Origin: the human T2T-CHM13v2.0 reference genome, Homo sapiens
Length of the DNA: 64,000 nt
Reading direction: 5' to 3' (one strand)
Assembly: GCF_009914755.1 (NCBI RefSeq)
Contig: NC_060935.1
In this document: positions 38,169-55,789 of the stretch, in pieces
How positions within the stretch are numbered: the first letter of the stretch is position 1
Layout of the letters: the number at the start of each line of letters is the position of its first letter
Translations under genes and position numbers: made by a program
The notes under the pieces: generated by a model
The model's input: the letters and a program-made list of their open reading frames with translations, nothing else
Told to the model about the DNA's origin: nothing
Database searches by the model: none

Positions 38169-38929
38169 TCACCATTATTATTTTCTAGTATCAGCATTTA
38201 TGACTCTGAATTTCCTCTTTAATATTGTACCAATGGAATCCAAAAGTTTTAATAAGTAATATTTTAATTTCAATATATTTTATTCACTAAGATTTTTTTC
38301 TTTAATCAACTGGGTTTTAGAACCCTTTTTTTATAATTTCATATCAGTGTGACACTCTACTTTCTGTAGAGTGTCAGTTATTTGACTTTTGTTAAGATTT
38401 GGCATGTAGAACAAATCGTTATATGGTCAATATTTGTGCATATTCAATATGTCCTATTAAAATTGTATTCTGTAGTTGTTGAAGTTCTTTGTAATTATTC
38501 ACTTCATAAAAATAGTAAATTTTTATTAACATCCAATGTATTATTAATGTTTAAAGTCGTCTTTTTCTTTGAATGGCTAAGAAAAATAAGTTATAATCTC
38601 CCTCTATAGTTCGGAATTTTTTCATTTTTCCTTGTAGGTTGCTCAATTTTTGTTTAATAAATTTGATGCTATGTTATTTAAGTGCACATATTTTGATGTA
38701 TATATTTTCCTGGTACCACACTGTTTTGGTGACTATGATTTTATAGTACAGTTTGAAATCAGGTAGTGTGATGCCTCCAGATTTGTTCTTTTTGCTTAGT
38801 CTTGCTTTGGATATGTGGGCTCTTTTTTGGTTCCATATGAATTTTAGAATTGTTTTTTCTAACTCTGAAGAATGATGGTGGTGTTTTGATGACCACCATC
38901 AAGTAGTACAAGTAGGTTCTTGTACTACT

Positions 38930-41560
<2,631 letters not shown>

Positions 41561-41725
41561 TGCTGGGATTACAGGCATCGGCCACCATGCCCAGCTAATT
41601 TTCTATTTTTGGTACACACGGGATTTCTCCATGTTGGTCAGGCTGCTCTCGAACTCCTGACCTCAGGTGATCCACCCGCCTCGGCCTCCCAAAGTGCTGG
41701 GATTACAGGTGAGCAACTGGGCCCA
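41561..41725 (-). mobile_element. Partial Alu
   Basis: Antisense left arm plus part of the right arm. Confidence 0.85.
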
Positions 41726-42593
41726 ACCTAAATCACATCTCATCTTTATACACTGTATGATCACCAACATAGGTTTATATTTATTGCTTTATGCATTGAC
41801 TTTCTTTTTACTGTATTTAAGATATACAATATTATGTTTGTGTATATATACATATACATATATACTTAGGGCAATGATTGCCATAATCAAGCAAATTAAC
41901 ATATCCATCATCTCACATAGTTACTTTTTTGTGGTAAAAATATCTAAAATCTACTCTGGGCAAATTTCTGGAGTATGATACATTATTAACTACAGCTCTT
42001 GTGTTGTACATGAGATCTCTAGGCATATTTATTTTATATAGCTGAAACTTGTACCCTTTGGCTTTCATCTTCCATCTTCCACACGCCTCCCGCCTCTTTC
42101 TAACCTTTCTATTTCTTAGGGCTTTTGTGGGGCTTTTTTGTTTAGGGTCTACTTATAAATGAGATAGTGCAGTATTTTTCTTTCTGTGCCTGATTTATTA
42201 TTAGCATAATGTCTTCTAGGTTCATCCATGTTGATGCAAATGAAAGAAACTTCTTTACAAAACTGAGTGATATTTTATTATGTATATAATTCCTTTATCC
42301 ATCTGTTCATAAACACTTAGGTTTTTTCAATAGCTTGGGTATTGTGAGTAATGCTGCAATGTGATGTGCAGTTGTTTTTAAATCAGAAGAAAAGAGGACA
42401 TTGCTTATATATACTAAAGTTACCTTTATTAAAGATACACACACGCACACACCAGCATTTTTACTCCTTTATGTGTTTGAAATTACTATATAATGTTCTT
42501 TCATTTCAGCCCAAATAACTCCTCATAGAATTTTTTATCATCCTACTGCATTCTTAAAAGAGGTCAGCTGTAAATTTACTGTGAATCACTAAT

Positions 42594-43089
42594 AACTGAT
42601 CTTCCCTTATCTGCAATTTTACTTTCCATGGCTTCAGTTACCTATGGTCAACTTTCACCTGAAAATATTAAATGGAAAATTTCAGAAATAAACAATTTTC
42701 AATTGCATGCCATTCGAGTAGCATGATGAAATCTCATGCTATCTGGCTTCATCCCACTTGGGATGTGAACCATTCCTTTGTCCAGAATATTCATCCTGTA
42801 TATGCTACTGACCCATTAGTCAATTAGCACCTGTCCTGGTTATCAGATTGACTGTCACACTATCACAGTCCTGTATTCAAGTAACCCTAATTTTACTTAA
42901 TAATGGCCCCAAAATGCAAGAGTACTCCCCCTAATTTATATATTAAAATTATCAAATTTTAATCTTTGATTAAATGTTATTGTAAGTATTAAAAAATATA
43001 ATATGTGTATGATTCAATACTATCCATGGTTTCAGGCGTTCACTAGGAGTTTTGAAATGTATCCCTCATGGATAAAAAGGAACTACTAT
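42594..43089. mobile_element. MER44-like (TcMar-Tigger) DNA transposon
   Basis: cccttatctgc...cagttacctatggtcaac...gaaaatattaaatggaaaatt, with the inverted end ggataaaaaggaactact. Confidence 0.7.
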
Positions 43090-44830
43090 AAATGATAAGT
43101 CTCTTCTCTCCTACTGTTTTCAAGATTTACTCTTTGGCTTTGGATTTGAGCCATTTGGTTATGATATGTCTTCGGGTGGTCTCTTTGAGTTTATCCATCT
43201 AGAGTACATTGAGCTTATTGTACATGTAGATTAAATTTTTCATAAAATTTGGTAAGTATTAGACAATTATATCTTCAAATATATTTTCTGTACCTTTCTC
43301 TCTCTCTTTTCTTTTTGGAACTTCCATTATGCATATGTTGATATCTTGATGGTGTTCCACAGGTCTATTAGGCTCCATTTATTATTCTTCATTCTTTTCT
43401 CTAACTGAGATTTTCTCTAACTGGATAACCTCAATTGAACTATTTTCATGTTCACTAATTTTTTGTACCTCCTCAAATCTGCTGTTTAGCCCTCTAGAGC
43501 ATTTTTCATTTCCATTATTTTATCTTTCAACTCCAGAATTTCTATTTGATTTCTTTTTAAAAGAACATTATAAAATAAATAATATTTTTTTAAAAAACAT
43601 TTTTGATAGTCTGTATTTTGTGAGATATCATTCTCATGTTTTTTTTAAAAAAATTGTCTCTTATTGATATTCTCTATTTTTGTGAGATATCATTCTCATG
43701 TTTCTCTTTAGTTCCTTAGATGTCATTTCCTTTAGCTCTTTGAACATATCTAAAATAGTTGATTTAAAGTCTGTTTCTATTAAGGCCAATGTCTGGATCT
43801 CCTCAGGGGTAGTTTTTATTAACTGCATTTTTTCTTTTCCATGTGCCATACTTTCTTCAGTTTTTTCTTTTTGTATGTCTCATACTTTTTTTGAATACCA
43901 GACATTTTAAACATGATAATGTGGCCACTCTAGAAACAAGATTCTCCCTCCTCCCCACGTTGTACTCCTCGTTGTAGTTATTTGTTTGTTTAGTATCTTT
44001 TCTGAATAAACTTTGTGGTCTCTATTTTTTGTCACCTATGTCGATTAAAATATTTTTTCCATTAGCTTAGAAGTCAGCTAATAATTTGACAAAGATTTCC
44101 ATATGTGTTTGGAACTTGCAGAGGGGCTTTGTGTATGTGTTGGGCCCTGCTTTCAACACTCAGGCAGACAGTTTACAACTCTGCCTTGGCCTACACTTTC
44201 TGCTTGTGCAGGGAAGGTAGAAATTTCCCAGGTTTTTACTGAACATGCACACAGCCTTGACATACACAGTTTGCAAATTCTCAGAAATATGTTGAAGCTT
44301 TTCAAAGCCCATATTCCCCAAAGCATCTCATTCCCAGTACTTTCTCTCAAGATTTTTGTTTAGTCTATTGTTTTCCCCAGTGTTCAGGCAGCAGTATTTA
44401 TAATGTCTTTCTGTAAATGTTTTCTAACACCACCCCATACCAAGTAGCAGCTTTCCCACTGCGTGAGGTCCAGATTAGGTGAAAAAACAAGGCTTTTGAG
44501 AATATGTTTGAAGGAGTCAACAGGCAGATCAATTTTTCATGAATGAGGTCCATTCTGTTTTTCTGGCATTGGTATTAAGAATCTGGGCATTATTTTCAAG
44601 CCTGCTGCTTCTCTGAGAAGAATGGAAACAGGGTAAGTTAAAAACCACAAATCGATGTTCTTACTGAGATGGGATATTTTGCTAGAATTAGCACTCCCTA
44701 CATTGCTAAAAACCTTATGTTAGTTTTCAGAGTTCTAAAAAGCTTTATTTTGACAGTTGTTGCCAGTTTTTTAGTATATTTTATAAAGAGATAAAATTTT
44801 GAATATTTTTATTTCATTTTTGCTGATGTC
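43090..44830 (-). mobile_element. Ancient L1M ORF1/5' region
   Basis: ORF-track 43661..43849 (TDFKSTILDMFKELKE) resembles L1 ORF1p. Confidence 0.55.
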
Positions 44831-45299
44831 ACTACACCACAACCTTTTTATTATACTATTTGTACCATATAATTTATTCATTATACTATTATTATTACTT
44901 ATTAGTCACAACAATTCCCAATATTAAAAATGGAGGACATTAAAATTCTGGCAATTTTAGTCAAGAGCATAATGGATTGAACCATGTAAAATTGATATTT
45001 TTGAAACTGAAAAAAAATTATAGCTACAGTGGCACATTGTATTTTTCAAAAATGCATTTCCAAAAGTTGTAGTTTTCTAAAAATATGCATTCCATCCCAC
45101 AAGAACTTTTTATAATGTAACATTGATAATCCTCCACTGAGAGGTGAAGTCTATGTTCCCTCTGCTTGATCTGAGGCAAACCTTTGTAACTGCCTTAACT
45201 AATAAATACAGTGCAGACGATGCTTTCTGACTTCTCAGGCTACATAATAAAAGGTTATATGACTTCTGTTTGTATCTCCCTCTCCAGAACGACTAGTTG

Positions 45300-47625
45300 A
45301 AAGACTGGAAATCTTAGCCAGAGCAATCAGGTAAGAGAAAGAAATAAAAGGCATCCAACTAGAAAGAGAGGAAGTCAAACTATCTCTCTTCACAGATGAT
45401 ATAACTCTATAATGAGAAAATTCCATAGTCTCTGCCCAAAGGCCATAGACCTGATAATCAGTAAAGTTTTGGGATGCAAAATCAATGTATAAAAAATTAA
45501 TATCATTTCTATACACCAAGCTGTGAGCCACACCAAGAACAAAATCCCATTCATAACAGCTGGAAGAAAAAATAAAAATACCTAGGAATACAGCTAACCA
45601 GGATGATGAAAGATCTCTAAGTGAGAATTATAAAGCAATGCTGAAAGAAATCATGGACGACACAAACAAATGAAAAAACATTCTATGCTCATGGATAGGA
45701 AGAATCAATATTCTTAAAATGGCCATACTGCTCAAAGCAATTTACAGATTCAGTGCTATTCCTATCAAACTATCAATGACATGTTTACAGAGTTAGAAAA
45801 ACTATTTTAAAATTCATATGAGACCAAAAAAAAAAGAGTCTGATGAGTGAAAGTAATCCTAAGCAAAAAAGAACAACACTGGAGGCATCACACTACCTGA
45901 CTTCAAACTATATGACAAAGCTGCAGAAACCAAAACAACATGGGACTGGTACAAAAGCAGACACATGGACCATCGGAACAGAATCTCTATTCCAGAGATA
46001 AAGATTGCTGTAACACAGAAATAAAGCTGCACACCTATAACCATCTGCTCTTTGACAAAGTTGACAAAAATAAACAATGGGGAAAAGACTCCCTGTTCAA
46101 TAAATGGTGCTGAGATAGCTGGCTAGCCATATGAAGAAGGATGAAACTGAATGCCTACCTTTCACCATATACAAAAAACTAACTCAAGATGGATTAAAGA
46201 TTTCAATGTAAGACCTCAAACTATAAGAATTCTAGAAGAAAATCTAGGAAACATCATGTTCGACATTGGCCTTGGGAAATAATGCATGACTAAGTCCTCA
46301 AAAGCAACTGCAACAAAAACAAAAATTGACAAGTGCAGCCGAATTAAACTAAAGAGCTTCTGCAGAGAAAAAAAAAAAACTATTAACAGAGTAAACAGCA
46401 AACTACAGAATGGGAGAAAATATTTGCAAACCATGCATCTGACAAAAGTCTAATATCCAGAATCTCTAAGGAATTTAAGTCAACAAGCAAAAATTAAAAC
46501 CTTTATTTAAAAATTTGGAAAACATGGACACTTCTCAAAAGCAGACATACAGAGAGACACCCAATATATTTTTAAAAATGCCCAATATCACTAATAACTA
46601 GAGAAATGCAAATCAAAACCACAATAAGATCCCCTCTCACACCAGTCAGAATAGATACTATTAAGTCAAAAAATAACAGACCCTGGTGAGGCTTTGGAGA
46701 AAAGGGAATGCTTATACACTGCTAGTGGAAATAGAAATTAGTTCAGCTATAGTGGAAAGTAGCCTGAAGATTTCTCAAAACACTTAAAATAGAAGCACTA
46801 TTTGACACAGCAATCCCATTACTTAGTATATATCTAAAGGAATATCAATTATTCCACCATAAAGATACATGCATGTGTATGTTCATTGCAGCATTACTCA
46901 CAATAGTAAAGACATGGAATCAACCTAGATGCCCATCAACAGTGGTCTAGATAAAGAAAATGTGGCATATATGCGCCATGGAATACTATGCAGCCATGAA
47001 AAAGAAAAAATCATGTCCTTTGCAGCAGCATGGATGCAGCTGGAGGCCATTATTCTAACCAAATTAACACAGAAACAGAAAGCCAAATACCATATATTCT
47101 TACTTAAAAGTGGAAGCTATTGGGAGGCTGAGGCAGGCAGATCACGAGGTCAGGAGATTGAGACCATCCTAGCTAACATGGTGAAACCCTGTCTCTACTA
47201 AAAATACAAAAAATTAGTGGTGCGTGGTGGCACACAGCTGTAGTCCCAGCTACTCAGGAGGCTGAGGCAGGAGAATCGCTTGGACCTAGGAGGCGGAGGT
47301 TGCAGTGAGCCGAGATCATGCCGCTGCCCTCCAGCCTGGGCAACAGAGCAAGATTCTGCCTCAAAAAAAAAAAAAAAAAGTGGAAGCTAAACACTGAATA
47401 CACATGGACACAAAGAAGAGAACAACAGACACTAAGGCCTACCTGGGGGTGGAGGGTGGGAGGAGGGTGAGGATTGAAAATCTACCTATTGAGTAATATG
47501 CTGAATATCTGGGAAAGTTATCTGTATACTAAACCCCCAGGACACACAATTTATCCATGTAACAAACCTGCGCATGAACCACTTGAATTAGTTACATAAA
47601 CAAGAATGAGGGCATAAAAAAAAAA
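45300..47625 (+). mobile_element. L1 (L1PB-like) 3' about 2 kb
   Basis: ORF2 RT C-terminal region through the 3'UTR and A tail. Confidence 0.9.
47120..47375 (+). mobile_element. 5'-truncated Alu inside L1
   Basis: TSD aaaagtggaagcta at 47106-47119 and 47376-47389. Confidence 0.93.
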
Positions 47626-48428
47626 AGACTTTACTTAGCACCTTTGTCAAAATCACTGAGCATGGATAAATATATATGATCTTACCCATATACAGACCAT
47701 TCATATGATGGTCTTATCCTTGCCTCTCTATTATGTTCTGTTGAACTATGTCTCTCCTTATTCCAGTATCACAGTGTCTTCATTATTGTAGCTTTGTCTT
47801 GAAACAAGGTAGTCTAAATTCTCTGGCTTTGTTATACTTTTCAAAAAATATTTTGAATATTAGTCTTTTGGAACATTTATGCAAACCTAAAATTATTAAG
47901 GCATAAATTATTAATGAAGAAATAAATTAGCAAATGTTCATAAATACATCAGCTAACATGAAAGTGATCAAAAGTAGTCAAATAAAAGCTATATAAACGT
48001 TATATTATATATGTATATAGAATTTTTCAAAAAAGACTGACACGATATATGAAAGTTTACAAATTTAAAAAAATATCAATTCAGGGAAATATGCCAATAA
48101 GAAATTGAACAGAAGGTAAATTTGTTTTGGGTAAGTTGGATTTTGGTCAATTGATTCTTGATTAAAGGCATGCTCTTAAGCTTTCAATATCTTGTTGCTA
48201 TGTGGTGGGTTAGGGTGAAAGGTTAGGGGAATCTCTTTAAGGTATAGGCTCAGAGTCTTTTGACAGGAGCTGCGCACTTTACTCTGTCTTTTATCTTTCA
48301 ACTCTCCTGATCTTACTTGTCTTGTTGTATGAGATAATTATACAAAGGATCCATAACGATGAAAAAATATTTGTTTTCAATATGAATTAAATGTATCCAC
48401 CTTTCAGATGTGATTAAGAACACCTCAG

Positions 48429-48736
<308 letters not shown>

Positions 48737-48780
48737 TAGCTTGTCATAAATGGACCTTAGACAATACTCTTGTCCCTCTT

Positions 48781-48824
<44 letters not shown>

Positions 48825-49126
48825 AGTGTATTATGGAAATGTTTCCTTACAAGCCCTAGGACTTTTGCAATAAGGATGTTCTGTACCCACATGGCTTTAC
48901 TTCTTGGCCCCATTCAAAAAAGAAAATTAACTAAAGGTATTAATTAACCTCTGGTGAAATTGAGAGCCATAGAAAAAGGAAAGGGTTAGCCATCTGGTTT
49001 CCTACAATTAGGTTAATTTGTCACCAAATTTAGAGAACTTCGAGTTTGGAAATATTCCAACGGAAGCTGTTTTATTTCCTTTCTGTTAAGTTTCACTGAA
49101 CAAGAGGAACCTCAGGCCCCCAGAAT

Positions 49127-49136
49127 TAAATAAAAG
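49127..49136 (+). promoter_or_regulatory. TATA-like box of the DEFB130-like gene
   Basis: taaataaaag about 55 bp upstream of the ATG. Confidence 0.45.
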
Positions 49137-49188
49137 CCCCTGTGTTCCACCAGCCCTGATCACTCACCTCTCTATTGGGCACTCAACC

Positions 49189-52100
49189 ATGAAACTCCAT
49201 TCCCTTATTTCTGTTCTCCTCCTCTTTGTGACTTTAATACCAAAAGGTAAGATGGTGAATGATTGTAGAAGTCTATTGGGATGCCTAGACCGGAGGAGGT
49301 CTACTGAGATAATTATACTGTGGCCATCCTAACTCAGACACCAATTCACAGCCTTAGGAATTCAGAAATTCAACATGTTTATCTTCTTTGGTACTAATGA
49401 GGCCACAATTGAGAAGCAGGACAAGGAGTTCTTTCAACAGAAAATGGGGGTTCAAGAGCTCGATAATTAGAAAATGGGGCCGAAATAGAGTTAGGGGTAT
49501 AGAAGCTTTGATATGTGATTTAAAGGTTAGTAAATAAAGCAAACAGCTATCATCAAGGCTTCACTCTCCAAAAAGGAGAGTGAAGATGATAGTTCTTGGT
49601 TCAAACTCGGTAGTGAATGGAAGTGATGTAGAGTCTATTGGTGAGGAATATTTGTGAAGGGTAGCAGTTAGGCAAATAAGACAGAGTTCAACAAGAAAAT
49701 TTTGCATCTAATTATAAAAGACCAGTAGAAATTTGGGAGCAAGGGAATTTGGAAAAGAATAAACAGTGGCATGAAGCTTTAATGGCAAAATTTTAAGCAT
49801 AAGACAAACAGTACAGAAAACACTTCAAGACTCGTAGTTGCATCCTTAGGGTCCATGATTCAGAAGTTTAAATATCAAAATGTAGAATCAAACTGAAAAG
49901 GGAATAAAGAATCAAACATCTTCAGGGTGTTTCATTCAGATCCTGATAAGATATGATAAAATTATTATCTCCACTGTTAATAGTGGGATGTTCATATCCC
50001 CCAAAATAAAGTGTGTGGTCAATGAGCAAAGATCTCTTCCTCCCTTTATCTCTGAGATTATTTTTTAAATAATTTCAACTTATATTGTAGATTCAGGGGG
50101 TACATGTGCAGGTTTGTTATGTTGGTATATTTTGTGATGTGAGGTTTGGGGCATGATGGTAATCCCATCACTCAGGTAGTGAGCATAGTACCAAATAGTT
50201 TTTCAATCCTTGTTTTCCTCCCTCCCCACTCTAGTAGTCTCCAGTGTCCCATCTTTATGTCCATGAGTATCCAATGTTTAGCTCCCACTTATAAGTGAGA
50301 ACATGCAGTATTTGGTTTTCTATTTCTGCATTAATTTGCAGTCCTCCAGATCATCCATGTTGCTACAAAGGATATGATTTTGTTCTTTTTTATGGCTTCA
50401 TAGTATTCCATGGTCTATATGTACCACATTTTCTTTATCCAGTCCACCATTGATGAGCACCTGGGTTGATTCTTTGTCTTTACTATTGTGAGTAGTTCTG
50501 TGATGAACATAGGAGTGCAGGTATGTTTTGGGTAGAATTATTTGTTTTCTTTTGGACGATATACCCAGTAATGGAATTGCTGGGTGGAATGGTAGCTCTG
50601 TTTTAAGTTCTTTGAGAAATCTTCAGACTGCTTTCCACAGTGGCTGAAATAATTTATATTCCCACCAACAGTGTATAAGCACTCCTTTTCTCCACAGCCT
50701 CATCTTCATTTCTGCTATTTTTTGACTTTTTAATAATAGCCATTCTCACTGGTGTAAGATAGTTCTCATTGTGGTTTTGATTTGTATTTCTCTAGTGATT
50801 AGTGATGTTGAGCTATTTTTCATGTTTGCTGGCTGCTTCTATGTCTTCTTTTGAGAAGAGTCTGTTCATGTTTTTCATGTCTTTTCCCCCACTTTATTTG
50901 TTTTTTGCTTGTTGATTTAAATTCCCTGTAGATTCCGGATATTAAATTTTTGTCAGATGCATAGTTAGCAAATATTTTCTCCCATTCTGTTGTTTTCTGT
51001 TTACCCTGTTAATAGTTTCTTTTTCTCTGCAGAAGCTCTTTAGTTTAATTCGGCTCTACTTGTCAACTTTTGTTTTTGTTGCAATTGCTTTTGAGTACTT
51101 AGTCATAAATTATTCCCCAAGGCCAATATCTAGAATGGTGTTTCTTAGGTTTTCTTCTAGGAGTCTTATAGTTTGAGGTCTTACATTTAAATATTTAATC
51201 CATCATGAGTTAATTTTTTGTATATGGTGAAAGATAGGCATCCAGTTTTATTCTTCTGCTTATGGCTGGCCAGCTATCCCAGCACAATTTATTGAACAGG
51301 GAGTCCTTTTCTTGTTGCTTATTTTTGTCAACTGTGTCAAAGAGCAGATGGTTATAAATGTGCAGCTTTATTTCTGGGTTCTCTATTCTGTTCCAGTGGT
51401 TCATGTGTCTGCTTTTGTACCAGTCCCATGCCGCTTTAGTTACTGTAGCCTTATAGTATAATTTGAAGTCAAGTAGGATGATGCCTCCAGTGTTGTTCCT
51501 TTTGCTTAGGATTATTTTGGTTGTCTGAGTTCTTTTATGGTTTCGTATGAATTTTAGAATAGTTTTTTCTATTCTGTGAAAAATGTCATTGGTAGTTTTA
51601 TAGGAATAGCACTGAATCTATAAATTGCTTTGTGCAGTATGGCCATTTTCACAATATTCATTCTTCCAATCCACAGCAGGGAATATTTTTCTATTTGTGC
51701 CATCTGTGATTTCTTTCAGTAGTGATTTGTAGTGTCATTTGTAGAGATCTTTCACCTCCTTGGTTAAATGTATTCATGGGTATTTAATTTTTTGTGTGGC
51801 TATTGTAAATGGGATTGCATTCTTGACTTGGCTCTCGGGTTGAATATTATTGGTATATAGAAAGGCTACTGATCTTGTACATTGATTTTGCATCCTGAAT
51901 CTTTACTAAAGTTGTCTATCAGGTCCAGGAGGCTTTGAAAGAATCTTTAGGGTTTCTTAAGTGTAGAATAATATCATCTACAAAAAGAGGTAATTTGATT
52001 TCTTCTTTTCCTATTTGGATGCCTTTTACTTCAAAAGGCTGATTGCTCTGGCTCATATTTCCAGTACTATGTTGAGTAGGATGGTGAGAGAGGGCACTCT

Positions 52101-55100
52101 TGTTTTGTTCCAGTTCTGAGATTCTTTTAAGTGAAATCAAAGCTACTCAATTGTTTGATCTTTACCTAATCTGTGGACATGTTGAGATTCACCTCACATA
52201 TGATTGTCTCCTTCTGAAGGAGCTTATGCAATTCTCATTTGGTTCTCAGCTTTAGTCAGAAGATACAATTAAGGTCAGATACACTTGTAGTGACATCTGA
52301 TGTGAAATTATGTGATGGTAATAATTTCAAATTAAAATAAAATTTAGTGGCAGTTGTTTTTATTTTAGATAATAAAACCCATGTACAGATAAAGAATGTG
52401 ATTTTACTCAGATCACATAGGTAGTAGCAACATTGCAGCTAAAAGCAAATCTCTTTAATCTGGGTCAATGTTGTTTTTAATCAATCCATAGGTGTAGATA
52501 TGCATACAAAAATGATAACTCTGATTTCTGTCAGACTTTTTTCTCAAAATCTTCTAGTTATATATTGAGGAAACTAAGGAGGTTTTCTGCTATATGTGAC
52601 AACTTGGATGAACCTGGAGGACATTATGCTAAATGACGTAAGCCAGTCACAGAAGACAAATACTGCATGATTGCACTTATATGAGGTACCTAAAATAGTC
52701 AAACTCATGGAAACAAGTAGCAGAATAGTGGTTTCCAGGGACTGGGGAGGGAGGAGGAAATAGGGAGTTGCTATTTAATGAGTAAAAGTTTTCAGTTTTA
52801 TTAGATGAATAAGCTCTAAATATCAACTGTACAATACTATATCTATAACACTTAAAAAGTTCTTAAGAAGGTAGATCTCACTTTAAGTGTTATTACCACA
52901 ATAAAATAAACGATGAAGAACAAGAGGTTATTTGAGGTTGAAAGCTGAGTTAATCTCCCCACAGATACGAGAAGAATCCTTCAGAGGCCTGCCTTTCAAG
53001 CCGTGACATCTTCCTGGAGGAATAGAAATATCAGCCCTTCTTTGTTCCTTCCAAATCAGTTATACCAGGAAGAAGCATTAAATGAAGGTCCTATAATTCT
53101 GCACAGGAGGGAATCACTTTTGAATAGCCAGGTTTCTTGTGATCAGAGGATATTAAAACCATACGTAAAGGTCAAAATGCCTTACTTGTGCATATTGAGA
53201 TGTTCTTGGACACATTATGAAGTGGGACTCAGAACACTCAGGTCGAAAAATAGGATTTTCATTATCAGTTTTGTATGGTCTCTTAGTACTAAATAGTTAA
53301 TTGCTGAGCTGTCTATACAATTTAATAATACTGCACTCCAAAAATTCTGATCTTAATCTCTGCTGTGACTGCCGGGCATGTAGAATTTATCAGGTGTCTA
53401 GAAGCATTCTGATAATCTTAGAAATTTTATAACTCCTATGTAACTTTTATCTCATAAAATTTCTTTTAAGAAAAATTGAGTGGCTAGATCATGAAGAGTT
53501 TTGTTAAAGACATTTTTACCCCCAAAAAATCCAATTAAGTAAAAAAAATTATTGTTTTCATGAAAAAATGTCTCCAAAGTAATTACGTAGTCTGAAATAT
53601 TAGTTTATCAGCTTAATGTCTGATGAATATTTAGTTATAGTTACTTGAATATATTTTTTATATATCCTTATATTTATTCAAAAAAGAATCCATGGTATCC
53701 TATAAAAATTGGAATAGTTCATATAGATTTATATGTATACACAAACATACATATAAATGCTGCGAATATGAGTCTAAAGAGGTTAGAATGGCATAAATCT
53801 TGGATTGCTGCATTAGCTCTCTGAGAATTAAGAAAATTATAGCATTCTTCTTACACTGACTGTGAAGAATAACATAATATCTAAATACATGACATTGGAC
53901 AGGAGCAGAAGACAGCTTGAACTCACATTATGTAGAGAAAAGGAAACTGCGCTTCTATTTTTTGACTGATAAAGTTCCAGGAAGAGCCTGTTCCATTTAA
54001 ATCCTCTACATCACCCAAAAAAAAACTTTAAAGTTACTGACTCAATGAGTTCTAATGCTAAGAAAGTTATATCCTTTTAGAAAGTAGATGAATGCGCTAT
54101 TAAGGGTCTTTTCCAGTGTGATTCTAAGTCCTTCTCACTGCATCCACGGAAATTAATGTTGTGATATAATATGAAGTGAACATCTAAATTGTTTCTTTTT
54201 CCAAAGGCACTTATTAAATATGCATCCTTTCCTCAACTGCCATGTGATATAACCATTATAACATATTAATGTCAAATAAACTCTAAAGTGTATTAGAGAG
54301 TGCCTCTCTTCTTTTGCTCTATATGTATATACTTCTGTCAATAAGTCTGAAAATAAATGTGAATATCTGGGAAGAAATTTTCTTCCTCATGAATGAGGAA
54401 TATGAATCTGAATATGAATTAAGTAATTTAATCTTATCTTTTTGACTTAAACTAGTGCCCTTGGCATGATGATATGTCACAGTCATCGGTAAAAAGGGAG
54501 ATTATAACTCTTTGGCTTCATGCTCAAAGCATACCTCTTTAAATTAAGCTTCCCATGTAGCAAGAAGCACATCACTGGTAGGATGAATTGTTCCACTCCT
54601 TTTGAGTGAAGCAAGGGACAGCTCCCAAATAGAGGAATTGGCACTATCTTAGGCTACATGCTGTGTCAGTAGGCTGAACTCTACAGTATAGTGGGTTACG
54701 CATCCTACTGAGAGGAAGTTCACTCTTTTGGCTTCAGCTGAAGATTCACATTCCACCTCATTTTGCATGGGATGCCTCTAAGTTCACATGCATAGGCCTC
54801 CTTGATGCCATACTCTGCCTCTTACTATATCTTTCCCAGTACTAATAACCCCCGATTTTAGCTTCATTTAAAAAGTCTGACAATGTTGCCAGATGTTAAA
54901 TGTATGGATGAAGTTATCAGGGAAAAGACCAACAGCTAGCAACAGGTCTGCTATGCTTCTCAGCATGAAGCCTGTGTTCTGTGTAGACAATGCAGTTGAA
55001 CCAGCGCCTTCCACAACTGGCTGGGGAGACTTCAGGTCTCTCTCTGAAAGGCAGCCACTTTCTCTTCCACAATAGTCTTGGAAAAAAGAGAGAATATTAC

Positions 55101-55751
55101 AAGATATTACCCAACTCCCCCATCATGATATTCTCTTGGTGCACAGAAACCCTGAGTTTATAAACTGCTAGTCTGATAGTAGAGTATAATACCAGACTGC
55201 ACTAGGTTGAAGCTTCTAACAAGAGTGGAAGACAATCTTGCATAGGTTATGAGCACTCAGTTCCAAAAGGCTGCATTGGTTTTTCTGGCTATGGATTTAT
55301 TTCTACAGAATAGAGAAACAATAATGATAGCCTAGTTTAAATACAAAACAATAACAAAAAACAACAAAAAGATTGAGAGCTGAAAAGGCCACCAAACAGT
55401 TACTCATCTACAGAAGCAAAGAAGCCAGAGGTAGTATATTAGAGGACAGTAAAAACAAAATAAGATCCAGGTGTGTTAACAGGATGGTTCAGGAACTAAT
55501 GTCTGTTAATGAACATCAGCAAAAGTGTTTTTCTTATGTAACATCTGCAGTGATATACAGTAGGAAAAATAAACTATGGTTGTGCTGAGAAGGCAAGAGA
55601 AAGGATAGTAAGCATAGAGAAAACTACTGAATTAGACCACACCCTTAGCCATATGCTTCTCAACAACCAGATGAATTAAGAGAACATGTGGATACACTTA
55701 AGGGAAAATACCTTTTAGCTCTGTGAGTAATTCTCTCCAGGTGTCTGTCTG

Positions 55752-55789
<38 letters not shown>

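Noticed and set aside
43603-43703. About 40-bp direct duplication (ttgtgagatatcattctcatgttt twice)
   Set aside because: Small local duplication inside an old L1 with no sign of function
54860-55090. Possible additional defensin (e.g. DEFB109) exon in the DEFB130-like intron
   Set aside because: No beta-defensin cysteine spacing found on either strand by eye
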